From positions 1 through 41,563 of IMG/VR virus record IMGVR_UViG_3300037450_000099: a stretch of DNA of 41,563 nucleotides. The stretch is one strand, 5' to 3'. Every line of letters starts with the position of its first letter. Within the stretch, counting starts at the first letter, position 1. This stretch comes from a virus (lineage: Duplodnaviria; Caudoviricetes). Of the stretch, positions 18,517 to 27,299 are shown piece after piece. Made by a program: the position numbers and the translations under genes. The notes under the pieces are model-generated. The model was not told where the DNA came from and did not search any database. It worked only from the letters and a program-made list of their open reading frames with translations.

Positions 18517-20188
18517 GATTGAGGGCCGTGCTGTTATAGATAGATTGGGGGATTTGCGGGGCTTCATGAACCATGGCGCGTGATAGAGCCATCACTAGCG
18601 CCACAATGCCATCGATTCGCTCCATTGAATGCTTTTTGTCGGGCATAAAGTTTTCATTCCCATCTGTCCGCACCGTTACATTCGCCGCATTCCAACGTAA
18701 AACCGGCTGGCCATTGTGGCTGAGTTTTCCCGATCGAACCAAGCTCTCAAGCTGCTTGCTGGGCTCGCTCATTGTCTTGTAACCCTGGCGGGTTTCGACC
18801 ATTTCTATGCCGGCACTCTGCAATTCTATTGCCGTTTGCGTCGCATTCCATGGATCATAACCAACTTCCTGCAATCCAAACATTCCCACCAGCACTAAGA
18901 TTTGATCAATTATATACTGAAAATCAATTACATTGCCCGGTGTCGCTTCGATGTGCCCATCGCGCACCCACGCATCGTAAGGCACGCGATCAGTCTTGAC
19001 CCGCTCCATGATTCGATCTTCTGGCACCCAAAACCGAGAGATAACGCACCAGTCTTGATTTTCAGTAGGCGGAAAAACGAGAACAAACGCCGTCAAATCT
19101 AGCTTAGTTGAAAGATCGAGGCCCCCATAGCAAGCCCGGCCTTCAAGCTCTTCGGTGTCAAACGGCGCCCCGGATCGATCCCATTCGTTAAGATCCAACC
19201 ACCGCACCTCTTGATTCGTCCACACATTAAGCCGCTTGCATAAAAAGTTGTTCTGCGCCGCTGGAATGTTTTGCGCTTTGATCGCTAGCCGGTGCATGTC
19301 CGAAGGTAGTACAGATACCCCATAGTTTGGGTTGGCTTTTATCCAGCTCGACTCTTCGCGCCAATCGTCCTCTTCGTCGATGGTGTAGATGATTCCCCAG
19401 TAATTGTCGTCGAATAAAACCTTTTTAAGGATTTGCTGGAGGTAAGTGCGTTGCTCGTAACAGATTCCGAAACGATCGAAACCCGCCGTCGTGATAGTGG
19501 CCAACAACGGCTGTCTTCTAGACCCCATCCCCGTTTCCAAAACATCGTAAGTCCCCCGTGTTTTGTGCGCGTGCAACTCATCGACTAGCGCCATATGGAT
19601 GTTTAGGCCATCCATGTTGTCAGCGTCAGCCCCCAACGGCTCAAATTTCGATGCTGTCTGTTCAATGCTCATGTTGTGGCGGAATACATTGATTCGCGCC
19701 CTAAGATCTGGCGATGCTTTGGCCATCCGCTGCGCGGCAGTAAAGACAATCTTTGCTTGCTCGCGGTGAGTCGCCGCCGAGTAAATCTCTGCCCCGGCTT
19801 CGCCATCCATTAGGAACCCGTAAAGGCCCCACGGCGCAATTCCCGTCGATTTTCCATTTTTGCGCGGGACTTCAATGTAAGCAGTCCGGAATCGTCTGAG
19901 TTTTGTCTCTTTATGTAGCCAGCCAAAAACCATGCATGTTGCGAACGTCTGCCAGGGCTGGGGCTCGAAAACTTCCCCTGCCCACTGCCCTTTTGAATGT
20001 CGGCAGAAGCGAAAAAAATCAAGGACATGCTGCGCGCGGGCTTTGTCGAATCGGTAGGGCCAATCGGTTTTGCTGCGTTTGACATCGTCAAAGTGGCGTT
20101 GGCAGGCTAATCGAACCCACTCACAAGCGGGAATCTTCTCCGATAGAACCTGGCGCGCGTATCGAATCCCATCGGCGACAACAGCCAT
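18509..20188 (-). CDS. terL: terminase large subunit (Terminase_1 type)
   Basis: Walker A VPRKNGKST, Walker B LVDELH, nuclease motifs GGLDLS and RIDGIVAL. Confidence 0.97.
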   Translation of the reverse strand: MAVVADGIRYARQVLSEKIPACEWVRLACQRHFDDVKRSKTDWPYRFDKARAQHVLDFFRFCRHSKGQWAGEVFEPQPWQTFATCMVFGWLHKETKLRRFRTAYIEVPRKNGKSTGIAPWGLYGFLMDGEAGAEIYSAATHREQAKIVFTAAQRMAKASPDLRARINVFRHNMSIEQTASKFEPLGADADNMDGLNIHMALVDELHAHKTRGTYDVLETGMGSRRQPLLATITTAGFDRFGICYEQRTYLQQILKKVLFDDNYWGIIYTIDEEDDWREESSWIKANPNYGVSVLPSDMHRLAIKAQNIPAAQNNFLCKRLNVWTNQEVRWLDLNEWDRSGAPFDTEELEGRACYGGLDLSTKLDLTAFVLVFPPTENQDWCVISRFWVPEDRIMERVKTDRVPYDAWVRDGHIEATPGNVIDFQYIIDQILVLVGMFGLQEVGYDPWNATQTAIELQSAGIEMVETRQGYKTMSEPSKQLESLVRSGKLSHNGQPVLRWNAANVTVRTDGNENFMPDKKHSMERIDGIVALVMALSRAMVHEAPQIPQSIYNSTALNHG

Positions 20189-20191
20189 ACA

Positions 20192-20611
20192 TCAGGCGAC
20201 TTCCTGCGCCTTCCTTCGCTTCATCAATTCGTCGAAGGGATCAACATCGGCGGACTTTGGCGGCCCCGGCATCCGATAACGGCTGTCTGGCGTATTGCCA
20301 AACTCTCGGGACAGTAATCGGAACGGCGTTACATCGGTCATTTTCAATTCGCGGCGGGCGAGTTTCATGTGTAGGTGAGCGAGCAACGCCAAAGATTCCG
20401 TGTCATCCATGGTAAGAAATCCCACGCCCTTGCGGGACACGATCAGGCGAAACTGCGCCGCCTCATCTTCTGGCAACCAGTCGGGAGGGCCATCAATTGG
20501 CTGCTGGCCTATCTGTGTCGGCTTGGCCCGTTTAGCGTGTCTATATTTCAAATATGTCCCCGCTAATTTATGTTCCGCTACCGTTTTTGGCGGCTTCCCT
20601 TTTCCTGGCAT
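20192..20611 (-). CDS. terS: terminase small subunit (P27-like)
   Basis: Between HNH and terL; HKLAGTY, PPDWL, REFGNTPDSR; start probably MPGKGK at 20611. Confidence 0.82.
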   Translation of the reverse strand: MPGKGKPPKTVAEHKLAGTYLKYRHAKRAKPTQIGQQPIDGPPDWLPEDEAAQFRLIVSRKGVGFLTMDDTESLALLAHLHMKLARRELKMTDVTPFRLLSREFGNTPDSRYRMPGPPKSADVDPFDELMKRRKAQEVA

Positions 20612-20734
20612 TGTGTTACCTATCGTAACCCTTTGAAATGATTGCGCGTGCAAATAACGGGTGTCCGTTGTCCGCTTGACCTACCTCGCAGAGATTTAGC
20701 CCACCCATCCCCCTATATGTTACCAACAGTAACA
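20612..20734. other. probable cos/packaging-initiation region
   Basis: Intergenic gap between HNH and terS, where HK97-like phages carry cos. The minus strand has a G-rich run followed by AAATCTCT. The exact cut site cannot be read from sequence. Confidence 0.5.
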
Positions 20735-21091
20735 CTAGAGCCCGCGCCGTGTCTTAGCTGTATGGCAAGACGTACACAGAGGCTGCCAGTTGGACACGTC
20801 CCAGAACAACACCGTGTTTCCTTTATGTGGTGTCACATGATCCACAACCCGAGCTTCCCTAATCAATCCTTTATCCTTGCACTCGATGCACAGAGGGTGA
20901 CGCACTAAGAAAGATTTGCGCGCCTTATTCCACCTTCGCCCATACAGCACATTAGACCAGGCAGGACGTGCCGCGTTCTCTCGTCGCGTTTCCGCCCGCT
21001 TGTGCTCTGGGCAGTAGCTAGTACCCACCTCGACTAGAGCAGGACACAGCGGCTTGCTACAAGCTTTGCGGGGTCTTGTTGGCATCGCCAC
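20735..21091 (-). CDS. terminase-associated HNH endonuclease (HK97 gp74-like)
   Basis: HPLCIEC...VVDHVTPHKG...FWDVSNWQPLCTSCHTAKT, immediately upstream of terS. Confidence 0.93.
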   Translation of the reverse strand: MAMPTRPRKACSKPLCPALVEVGTSYCPEHKRAETRRENAARPAWSNVLYGRRWNKARKSFLVRHPLCIECKDKGLIREARVVDHVTPHKGNTVLFWDVSNWQPLCTSCHTAKTRRGL

Positions 21092-21135
21092 TCACCGGCC
21101 TACGATCCATCGACACGATATGATATCCTGTCAGT

Positions 21136-21206
21136 GCTGGTGTAGTTCAATGGTAGAACCTCAGCGTGCCAAGCTGATGATGTGGGTTCGATTCCCATCA
21201 CCCGCT
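21136..21206 (+). tRNA. tRNA-Gly (anticodon GCC), atypical
   Basis: Cloverleaf: acceptor GCTGGTG/CACCCGC, D arm GTTC/GAAC, anticodon arm TCAGC-GTGCCAA-GCTGA, T arm GTGGG-TTCGATT-CCCAT, discriminator T. CCA is not encoded. Confidence 0.85.
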
Positions 21207-21382
21207 CATTGTCTCCCCGCCACAAAATGCCCAAGCACCACAAATCCAATACCCGCCAGCCAGTAAGGTGCCCCGGCCACCAGTGCATGTCCCTCAGTCA
21301 AGTCTATGGTATGCAAACGGCCATAGACAAGGCAGAGCACTCCCGCAACGACGATGCACCAACCGGCGCAACGAGCACTCAC
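21206..21382 (-). CDS. small two-TM membrane protein (58 aa, MSARCAGWCIVVAGVLCLVYG...PYWLAGIGFVVLGHFVAGRQ)
   Basis: Not in the ORF track. GTGA coupling to an upstream 28-codon ORF (21379..21465); two hydrophobic segments. Confidence 0.6.
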   Translation of the reverse strand: MSARCAGWCIVVAGVLCLVYGRLHTIDLTEGHALVAGAPYWLAGIGFVVLGHFVAGRQ

Positions 21383-21461
21383 TTGCTCACCGGCCTACGA
21401 TCCATTGACACGATCCGCACCCAGCGCAGGCGCACTCTATCGAATATCCAGTAGTGATCGC

Positions 21462-21899
21462 TCACGGCACTGTCACCGTAATAGATATCGTAATCTCCGT
21501 TGCCCCTGATGGCGCGGTGAGATCCACGTCAGGCACCACCACCGTGTCACTCTGTGCCCAATCCGAGCAGTTGGCGAACGGCGCGCCCGTCTGCGGATGC
21601 GTCGCGTTATCACAGGCGCGTGCCAACACAAAGACGCGCTCGCCCCCCGTCAACGGAAGCACGGGAAAGGCATGCTGTAGTGTGCTGCCCTGAGCAGGTG
21701 ATGCGCTAGGCGCGGGGATGGTTGCCGTTTGTATTGCGCCCTGCCCATCGACATGCACTTCTAGATCGTATCGGCCAAGATCGGTAAGCGCTGATCCGTC
21801 CATGCTCGTCGTCGGCTCTGTCCACTGGACTTCTCCGGAATAGGTGGCCGCATGGGCAGGGATTGCCAGCAGCAACACGAGTACCGGGATAATTCTCAT
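21462..21899 (-). CDS. secreted Fn3-like single-domain protein
   Basis: Signal peptide MRIIPVLVLLLAIPAHA; WTEPTTSMDGSALTDLGRY Fn3-like motif; GAGGTAGG RBS. Confidence 0.75.
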   Translation of the reverse strand: MRIIPVLVLLLAIPAHAATYSGEVQWTEPTTSMDGSALTDLGRYDLEVHVDGQGAIQTATIPAPSASPAQGSTLQHAFPVLPLTGGERVFVLARACDNATHPQTGAPFANCSDWAQSDTVVVPDVDLTAPSGATEITISITVTVP

Positions 21900-21926
21900 G
21901 GTCCTACCTCTTGTTCCGTTCGTTGC

Positions 21927-22157
21927 TTAAAGCTTTTTCGGGGGTGGGTTTGGATGCGGTCTAAATCCAGTAGGCTGATAGCCTGGTTTTTCACAGAGCC
22001 TGCCTTTGCGGATTTCCTCGTTGTAAAGCCGCTTCAATCGAAGTAGCTCGGCTCGTCGATTTTCCAACACCATCCCGAACCCTGCCTCGCCATATCGAAA
22101 TCCATACCAGACACATATCCACCAATCGCGCAGCCACCACAATCGGCCGCGATTCAC
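21927..22157 (-). CDS. hypothetical Trp/Arg-rich protein
   Basis: GTGA coupling to the DHH gene; 76 aa. Confidence 0.55.
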   Translation of the reverse strand: MNRGRLWWLRDWWICVWYGFRYGEAGFGMVLENRRAELLRLKRLYNEEIRKGRLCEKPGYQPTGFRPHPNPPPKKL

Positions 22158-23000
22158 GACGCCGCCCCGTGGTTGATTCGATACCCGGCCGCATGTTTGT
22201 GACCACCCCCTCCGAATTGTTTGGCTATCTCGGACACATCTATTCCGTCATCTTGTGACCTTAGCGAAAACACCCGGCCTGCCGGTGTATCCCAGTAGCA
22301 GGCCGCAAAAGGTTCGTTTTCAGCCATGATGTGGCCCGCGTCCGAGGACCAGAAATAGGGCGCGTTCAGCACAGGAACATTGTGCCCAGCCACGTCCATT
22401 CTGTAGGCTGCCGCTGTAATAAATTCCCGTATGTCCTTAAAGTGCTTGCGCTCAATTGACGACCCTTCGCGCCGCAACTGCGCCATATCTGCATCCATAA
22501 GGTCATCCCAGACATCGAATTCATATGGATAGGAAAACACCGCCGCCTGTATCTCTCGTGTCCCATCAAGCTCAAACCGCCACAAATCCCGGTCCTGGAT
22601 ATGCCGCAATAGCGTAGGCGGACACTCGCCCGGAATGCCTTGATTCGTAAAAAAATAGTCCCATGTCAGCATGGCGCCACTACGACATAAGTCAAAATTT
22701 ACTTCAACGTTTTCGGGTAAGTCCACAAGATCGATCTGCGCCGTCTTATGGTGGTCTATAACCACGATTTGCTTTGCCTTTGATGCCATCTCAAGCAGCA
22801 CTGGGCGCTTGTAGCTGAAATCGACAATATAAACCGTCCGCCCTCCAACGTCAGGGGGGGGGTCTTGGTGGATACCCGCATAAAAATCCACCTTATCCTT
22901 ACCGAAATATTTGCGCACAGCCCACGCCGCAGCGAACCCATCGGCACAATTTCCGTGATAGATACACAGTGGTTTTTGCGAGATATTCACGACGCCGCCC
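22152..23000. repeat. 16-bp exact direct repeat flanking the DHH gene (22152-22167 and 22985-23000)
   Basis: attcacgacgccgccc at both gene junctions; both upstream genes end in AAS-stop. Confidence 0.85.
22154..22990 (-). CDS. DHH/DHHA1 phosphoesterase (NrnA-like)
   Basis: YHGNCADG, IVDFSY, IDHHKT, DRDLW, FSLRS, GGGGHKHAAG. Confidence 0.93.
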   Translation of the reverse strand: MNISQKPLCIYHGNCADGFAAAWAVRKYFGKDKVDFYAGIHQDPPPDVGGRTVYIVDFSYKRPVLLEMASKAKQIVVIDHHKTAQIDLVDLPENVEVNFDLCRSGAMLTWDYFFTNQGIPGECPPTLLRHIQDRDLWRFELDGTREIQAAVFSYPYEFDVWDDLMDADMAQLRREGSSIERKHFKDIREFITAAAYRMDVAGHNVPVLNAPYFWSSDAGHIMAENEPFAACYWDTPAGRVFSLRSQDDGIDVSEIAKQFGGGGHKHAAGYRINHGAAS

Positions 23001-25050
23001 GATGATCAATCAAGAAAGTGTCCCTAACCTGCCGCCCATCGGTGAAAGTAGCGTCCACACCGTACATCGTTGCCTGATATCGCCCCGCAGGGATATTGCC
23101 CGTATAGCGTCCGAAGTAAACGCCTACCGCGTCCGGGTCCGTCAGGTCAAAATAGGTTGGGTCAGCGGTGCTATCGAGCGTGTAGTCTGGTGTGCCGTCG
23201 GGTGTGTCGGTAAATAATTCGACGACCCATTGGCTATACAGCGTGATGTCTTCGAGCTCATTCTCATTCTCGTCAGATTCTTTCACGACACTCAATCGCG
23301 TTAGATTGCCCCGATTCTGGAAGGTAACGAAATTCTCCATTCTGACAGCCCCCGCTGTTGCTGGATCTTGGCCATAGCGCAGGATACGCAAATATTCGGA
23401 TAGATCCCCTACGGCTGCAAGCTGGAAGGGCTCGGGCGTTACAGCCGCCAGCGTTGTCACCTCCAGCGCTGCGGATATCGGCCCTTCATAGCCGAAGGCG
23501 TCGATAGTCAGGACTGTTATATCATAGGCAGTGGCTGGCAAAACGCCCGAGAAAAACGCGCTCGTTTGCGTTTGAGTGATAAACACGCCGTCTCTATACC
23601 AATGATAAAACACCGCGCCCGGAACGGCCGTACAGGACACGCGGAAAGATGTCTCAGCAATCAGAGAGGACACCAGCCCGAGCGGCGTATCGAGCACCGG
23701 CAGCACCTCAAGCGCCGATACATAGCCTATGCCGACCACGCCCGAAAAAGTGGCGGTGAATACCCCATCGGAGACGAAAACGTAATCTTTCAGAAGCGCC
23801 GTCTCAAGGCCGGCTTCGTCGAGAACATCCAGCCCCGCCTCGACCGTCACACCGGCAACGCCAATGCCTATGATGCGCTCGCCAATTTCCACACCCGGAT
23901 CGAATTCGGCGAAATGACACACAGCGCGCCAATCCCCTACGGGCAGCGGAAATTCATAGCCAAATGAGTTTCCGGCAATGGCTTCTAGCGCAATGGACTG
24001 ATAGAGAAGCGGGTCGGCTGTGCCTGATATTTGTGCCGTGGTGACGTTGCCGTTAAGCACAGCGCCGTTAATTGCCGTGTCCCCATACCAGCGGAACCCC
24101 GTGCTAGCGTCATAATCGACAAGCTGCCCACTATCAATCCGAATGTCACTAGCTGTTATTGCCGACTGCTGGATGCTCTCTGAGCTATTGCCCGCCGCAT
24201 CCGTATCCCGCACTACATAGTTGTAGGCTGTATCGAGCGTCAGATTCGAGATTTTTTGCGACGTCGTTTCCGGTGGAATCGTCGAGATTTCAACGCCGTC
24301 TTGATACAGCGTGCGAGTAACAACGCCCACGTTGTCCGCAGGTGCCGAAATTGCCAACACCACTTCGTGAAAATTCAGGGGCGAGGCTTGCAAGATGGGC
24401 ACGGTCGGCGCTTCAACGTCGGCGCCTTGGCCCAGCACCAACCGCAGCGCCACGATGTTTGGAAAATCAACCACGGCGTTGACATCGAGCCGAAAAGTCC
24501 CGATGCCGCCGCCCTCGTCAGTGACGGTGATGTCCACGTTTCGCACGATGGCATCATTGCCGCCGACTGATATATCGACGTTGCCGTCAACCACGGCGCC
24601 TTGCATCCAAGACAGCTCAACCACGCGCTGCCCAGGAGTCGTGAATACCGAATCGCTGGCCCAATAGGACGCCGTGTAGTCGCCCGATGCCACGCCAGGG
24701 ATTACGATATTGACTGCAATTGCTTTGTACGCTTCCGTCGCAAAAAGCAGGCTGTCGGATGCGTCGAGCCCTAGCAGCGTCAGGTCATTGCTGGGCAGTG
24801 TGCGTGTGTCTCCGCCCCATGTGATCGGCGTATCGACATAATAGGGCGCCAGGGTCAGCCAGGTTTCGCCAGTCGTGCCGTTGACGATGTTGGAAACGCC
24901 TGCTGTGTAGCGGTAGACGGTTGGAGTTGCGCCGCCCGTGGCACTAAATGTGGACGCAGATGCCGCGCCCTCGTTGACGCTATCGGCTAGCGCATTCTGT
25001 GCGCCTGGCTCCAGGAATCCAACGGTTGACCCGCCGTGATAGGTGGCCAC
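22987..25050 (-). CDS. acidic multidomain protein: Fn3 - malectin-like - Fn3
   Basis: Fn3 DVEAPTVP...DNVGV...YVVRDTDAAGN; malectin-like IRIDSG...TADPLLYQS...HFAE...GLDVLDEAG...VSALEV; second Fn3 PATAYDITV. Confidence 0.8.
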   Translation of the reverse strand: MATYHGGSTVGFLEPGAQNALADSVNEGAASASTFSATGGATPTVYRYTAGVSNIVNGTTGETWLTLAPYYVDTPITWGGDTRTLPSNDLTLLGLDASDSLLFATEAYKAIAVNIVIPGVASGDYTASYWASDSVFTTPGQRVVELSWMQGAVVDGNVDISVGGNDAIVRNVDITVTDEGGGIGTFRLDVNAVVDFPNIVALRLVLGQGADVEAPTVPILQASPLNFHEVVLAISAPADNVGVVTRTLYQDGVEISTIPPETTSQKISNLTLDTAYNYVVRDTDAAGNSSESIQQSAITASDIRIDSGQLVDYDASTGFRWYGDTAINGAVLNGNVTTAQISGTADPLLYQSIALEAIAGNSFGYEFPLPVGDWRAVCHFAEFDPGVEIGERIIGIGVAGVTVEAGLDVLDEAGLETALLKDYVFVSDGVFTATFSGVVGIGYVSALEVLPVLDTPLGLVSSLIAETSFRVSCTAVPGAVFYHWYRDGVFITQTQTSAFFSGVLPATAYDITVLTIDAFGYEGPISAALEVTTLAAVTPEPFQLAAVGDLSEYLRILRYGQDPATAGAVRMENFVTFQNRGNLTRLSVVKESDENENELEDITLYSQWVVELFTDTPDGTPDYTLDSTADPTYFDLTDPDAVGVYFGRYTGNIPAGRYQATMYGVDATFTDGRQVRDTFLIDHRAAS

Positions 25051-26685
25051 TTAGATCTCCGGGCCCTGCGCCACCGCGTTAGCGAGGCACCCATAGCCGC
25101 TCAAATGCGTGGCGCTTGATCCATAATCGACCATCGACGAGCCCACGGGCGGAACACATTCGTTGATCGTGTAGAGCTCTGGACCAGTTAGCAGCTTGCG
25201 GTAAAAAGTATAGTCAAGCAGGCCCGCCGTTGCGCGGTCTGGGAATGTGAGCTTGTTGGTTTCGCTCTGGTCCGGCGTATTGACGTACGCATTATAGTCT
25301 GTCCGCCCGCCCATCGATCCCGCAAAGCCTTGATCGCAATCGATGATCAAATTCGCCTGAAAATCATGCTGGTAGCCGCGGTTGACTGCATACGGGTCGT
25401 AGTTCCCTGCGCTTTCCTTGCCCTCAAACACAAGCGTGTTGAAAAGAAATTGATTCGTGCTGGTTGAGATCAAAAACGTATTGTGATTGTTAGACTGGAA
25501 GTGCAGCGCATCCGGGTCGTCATAGGTCTCCATCACCAGCAAATTGCGGTTTATGGAATTATTGCCGGCCGCATTAGCCGCGGCATTGTAATTTGCGTGA
25601 TTGATGCACATGGCAGATGGGCCAATGATATTTTCAACGACAACGATATAGCGGGCGCCGATGTACGGTGATCCTCCCTGACTCAGTATCATTGCGGCCG
25701 TGCCATAGGCGCCTGAGCCGGTGCCGTTGTTCGGCCGCTTGCGCTTACCCCACAATCTATTTTTCATGAATATCGCCGGGTTGCCTTGGCTGGCAAATCC
25801 TTTGATATCAATATTTTGCTCGCCCTGCACATAGGGGTAATCTGCAATCGGAGACACCTGATCCCACAATGTGCCGTCACCCTTCGCCCGCATTTTGTCC
25901 GATTTGTAGCAGCAGTTATTCTCGACAACCAGCCCGCTCGTATCTGCATTCGTGACGATTTCGTCGCCGCCCCCGTCGAAAAACTCGTTACACGAAACCC
26001 AACTGTCTTGTGTGCTGAACATCTCGCAAGGCTCAGAATCGACGCCCGCCGCAAGTACGCAATCAAACCCGACGTTATATTGCACCGACAGGCCGTAGCT
26101 GGTCCAACCTCCGGCAAATATGCCTTTAAGAGCAAACTGTTGCATGCAATGGGAGACGGTAATGTCCTGTGCCAGATCACCGGTTGACGCGTTGCGCTCG
26201 ATATAAACCGTGCGATTGGCCGAGGACGTGGTGTTGTCCCCCTCAAACGCCAGCCGATACAAGCAAAAACCAGCCCCGCCCTGGAATCGAATACGCCGCA
26301 ACCGCACCCGATTCCCCTCTGCTAAATCGTAGGGATGCGTCTGCGCCCCATCAGTGGACCCCAAAAAAATCGGTGCGCCCGAGAGCTTGCGACGATAGAT
26401 CGTGATTTGGCCAAGGGATCGATAGTCGCCCGGCGCAAACCCAATATTGATGTTGTTGGTGTTAGCAATCGCGGCTTCGATTGTCGCGAGACTGTCAGAC
26501 GCCGTTAAAACCACGTCCCAAGACGCGGGGAATGTAATAGGGCTATAAGCGCCCAGCGTCCCCCCGCCGATGTGGTCGGTGACTGCCGTGCGATAGGCAT
26601 CCGCCACCGTATCCCCGGAGTGGACAATGGGACGGACATAAAGCGGACGGTAGCCGTTAGCGTCAATCAGGGGCAGCAGCGCCAT
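25051..26685 (-). CDS. right-handed beta-helix (pectin lyase-like) protein, putative depolymerase or adhesin
   Basis: FAPGDY, Asn-ladder repeats VSCNEF, VVENNC, NIDIKG, FMKNRLW, VVENII. Confidence 0.7.
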   Translation of the reverse strand: MALLPLIDANGYRPLYVRPIVHSGDTVADAYRTAVTDHIGGGTLGAYSPITFPASWDVVLTASDSLATIEAAIANTNNINIGFAPGDYRSLGQITIYRRKLSGAPIFLGSTDGAQTHPYDLAEGNRVRLRRIRFQGGAGFCLYRLAFEGDNTTSSANRTVYIERNASTGDLAQDITVSHCMQQFALKGIFAGGWTSYGLSVQYNVGFDCVLAAGVDSEPCEMFSTQDSWVSCNEFFDGGGDEIVTNADTSGLVVENNCCYKSDKMRAKGDGTLWDQVSPIADYPYVQGEQNIDIKGFASQGNPAIFMKNRLWGKRKRPNNGTGSGAYGTAAMILSQGGSPYIGARYIVVVENIIGPSAMCINHANYNAAANAAGNNSINRNLLVMETYDDPDALHFQSNNHNTFLISTSTNQFLFNTLVFEGKESAGNYDPYAVNRGYQHDFQANLIIDCDQGFAGSMGGRTDYNAYVNTPDQSETNKLTFPDRATAGLLDYTFYRKLLTGPELYTINECVPPVGSSMVDYGSSATHLSGYGCLANAVAQGPEI

Positions 26686-26688
26686 GCA

Positions 26689-26961
26689 TCAAACCTCCGG
26701 GTAGTCGATTAAATCGGTGTCAATATCGCTGATATCTTGATCGATTTCCGTCAGCTCTGCCGCCGCATCGGCAACGGTTTCCCTCGAATTCACCCGATTG
26801 CGCCGCGTCTCAATCAAAGACGCTCGGACCGCTTGTCGAATCCGCCGCGCTACGTAGAGACTCGGCCCCGTCGCTGTTAAACCGCCCAAATCGTCATAGA
26901 CAGCCTTCCACTGCTGCGGGGTACCTTCGAAGATGATTTCGACTTTGTGACTAAAGGCCAT
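26689..26961 (-). CDS. hypothetical protein with C-terminal acidic coiled coil
   Basis: ATG at 26961 (TGATG overlap) with a GGAGG RBS. Confidence 0.7.
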   Translation of the reverse strand: MAFSHKVEIIFEGTPQQWKAVYDDLGGLTATGPSLYVARRIRQAVRASLIETRRNRVNSRETVADAAAELTEIDQDISDIDTDLIDYPEV

Positions 26962-27299
26962 CAGTCCTCCCGATCCACAACCGTTACCGGGACATGCCAA
27001 TCAGCTTTTAGCCCGCCGCCAGCGTCCAGTGTCACCAACAGCTTATAGCCAGGCCCATTGGTCACAGACAAATTCGCCGAAATCAAGGCGTTGTAGTATC
27101 CGGGCGTTAATGATTCAGCAAGCGCAACGGGCCACGTTTCACCCGTCACAACCTGGCCGCTCGGGTCAAGCATTGACACCACCTCGCCCGTGGCCCCCGT
27201 CACTGTCAGCCCGTCGAGTGCATTAGTGACCGGGGTGCCATTCGGGCCGCTAACCCGGACTAGCCCCGTGTTGCGGTTATACCAGGCTTCAATCGCCAT
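26961..27299 (-). CDS. small beta-rich (Ig-like) putative virion protein
   Basis: ETWPVAL...PGYYNAL...YKLLVTLDAG; coupled within the operon. Confidence 0.65.
   Translation of the reverse strand: MAIEAWYNRNTGLVRVSGPNGTPVTNALDGLTVTGATGEVVSMLDPSGQVVTGETWPVALAESLTPGYYNALISANLSVTNGPGYKLLVTLDAGGGLKADWHVPVTVVDRED

Larger units (their letters stand above)
21091..21414. repeat. 29-bp direct repeat pair (21091-21119 and 21386-21414, 1 mismatch)
   Basis: ctcaccggcctacgatccat(c/t)gacacgat occurs twice, bracketing the tRNA and a small membrane ORF. Confidence 0.9.

Noticed and set aside
21091-21414. 29-bp repeats as a mini-CRISPR array or attL/attR
   Set aside because: There are only two copies with a ~266-bp interval containing genes, no integrase was seen, and the repeats do not match the tRNA 3' end.
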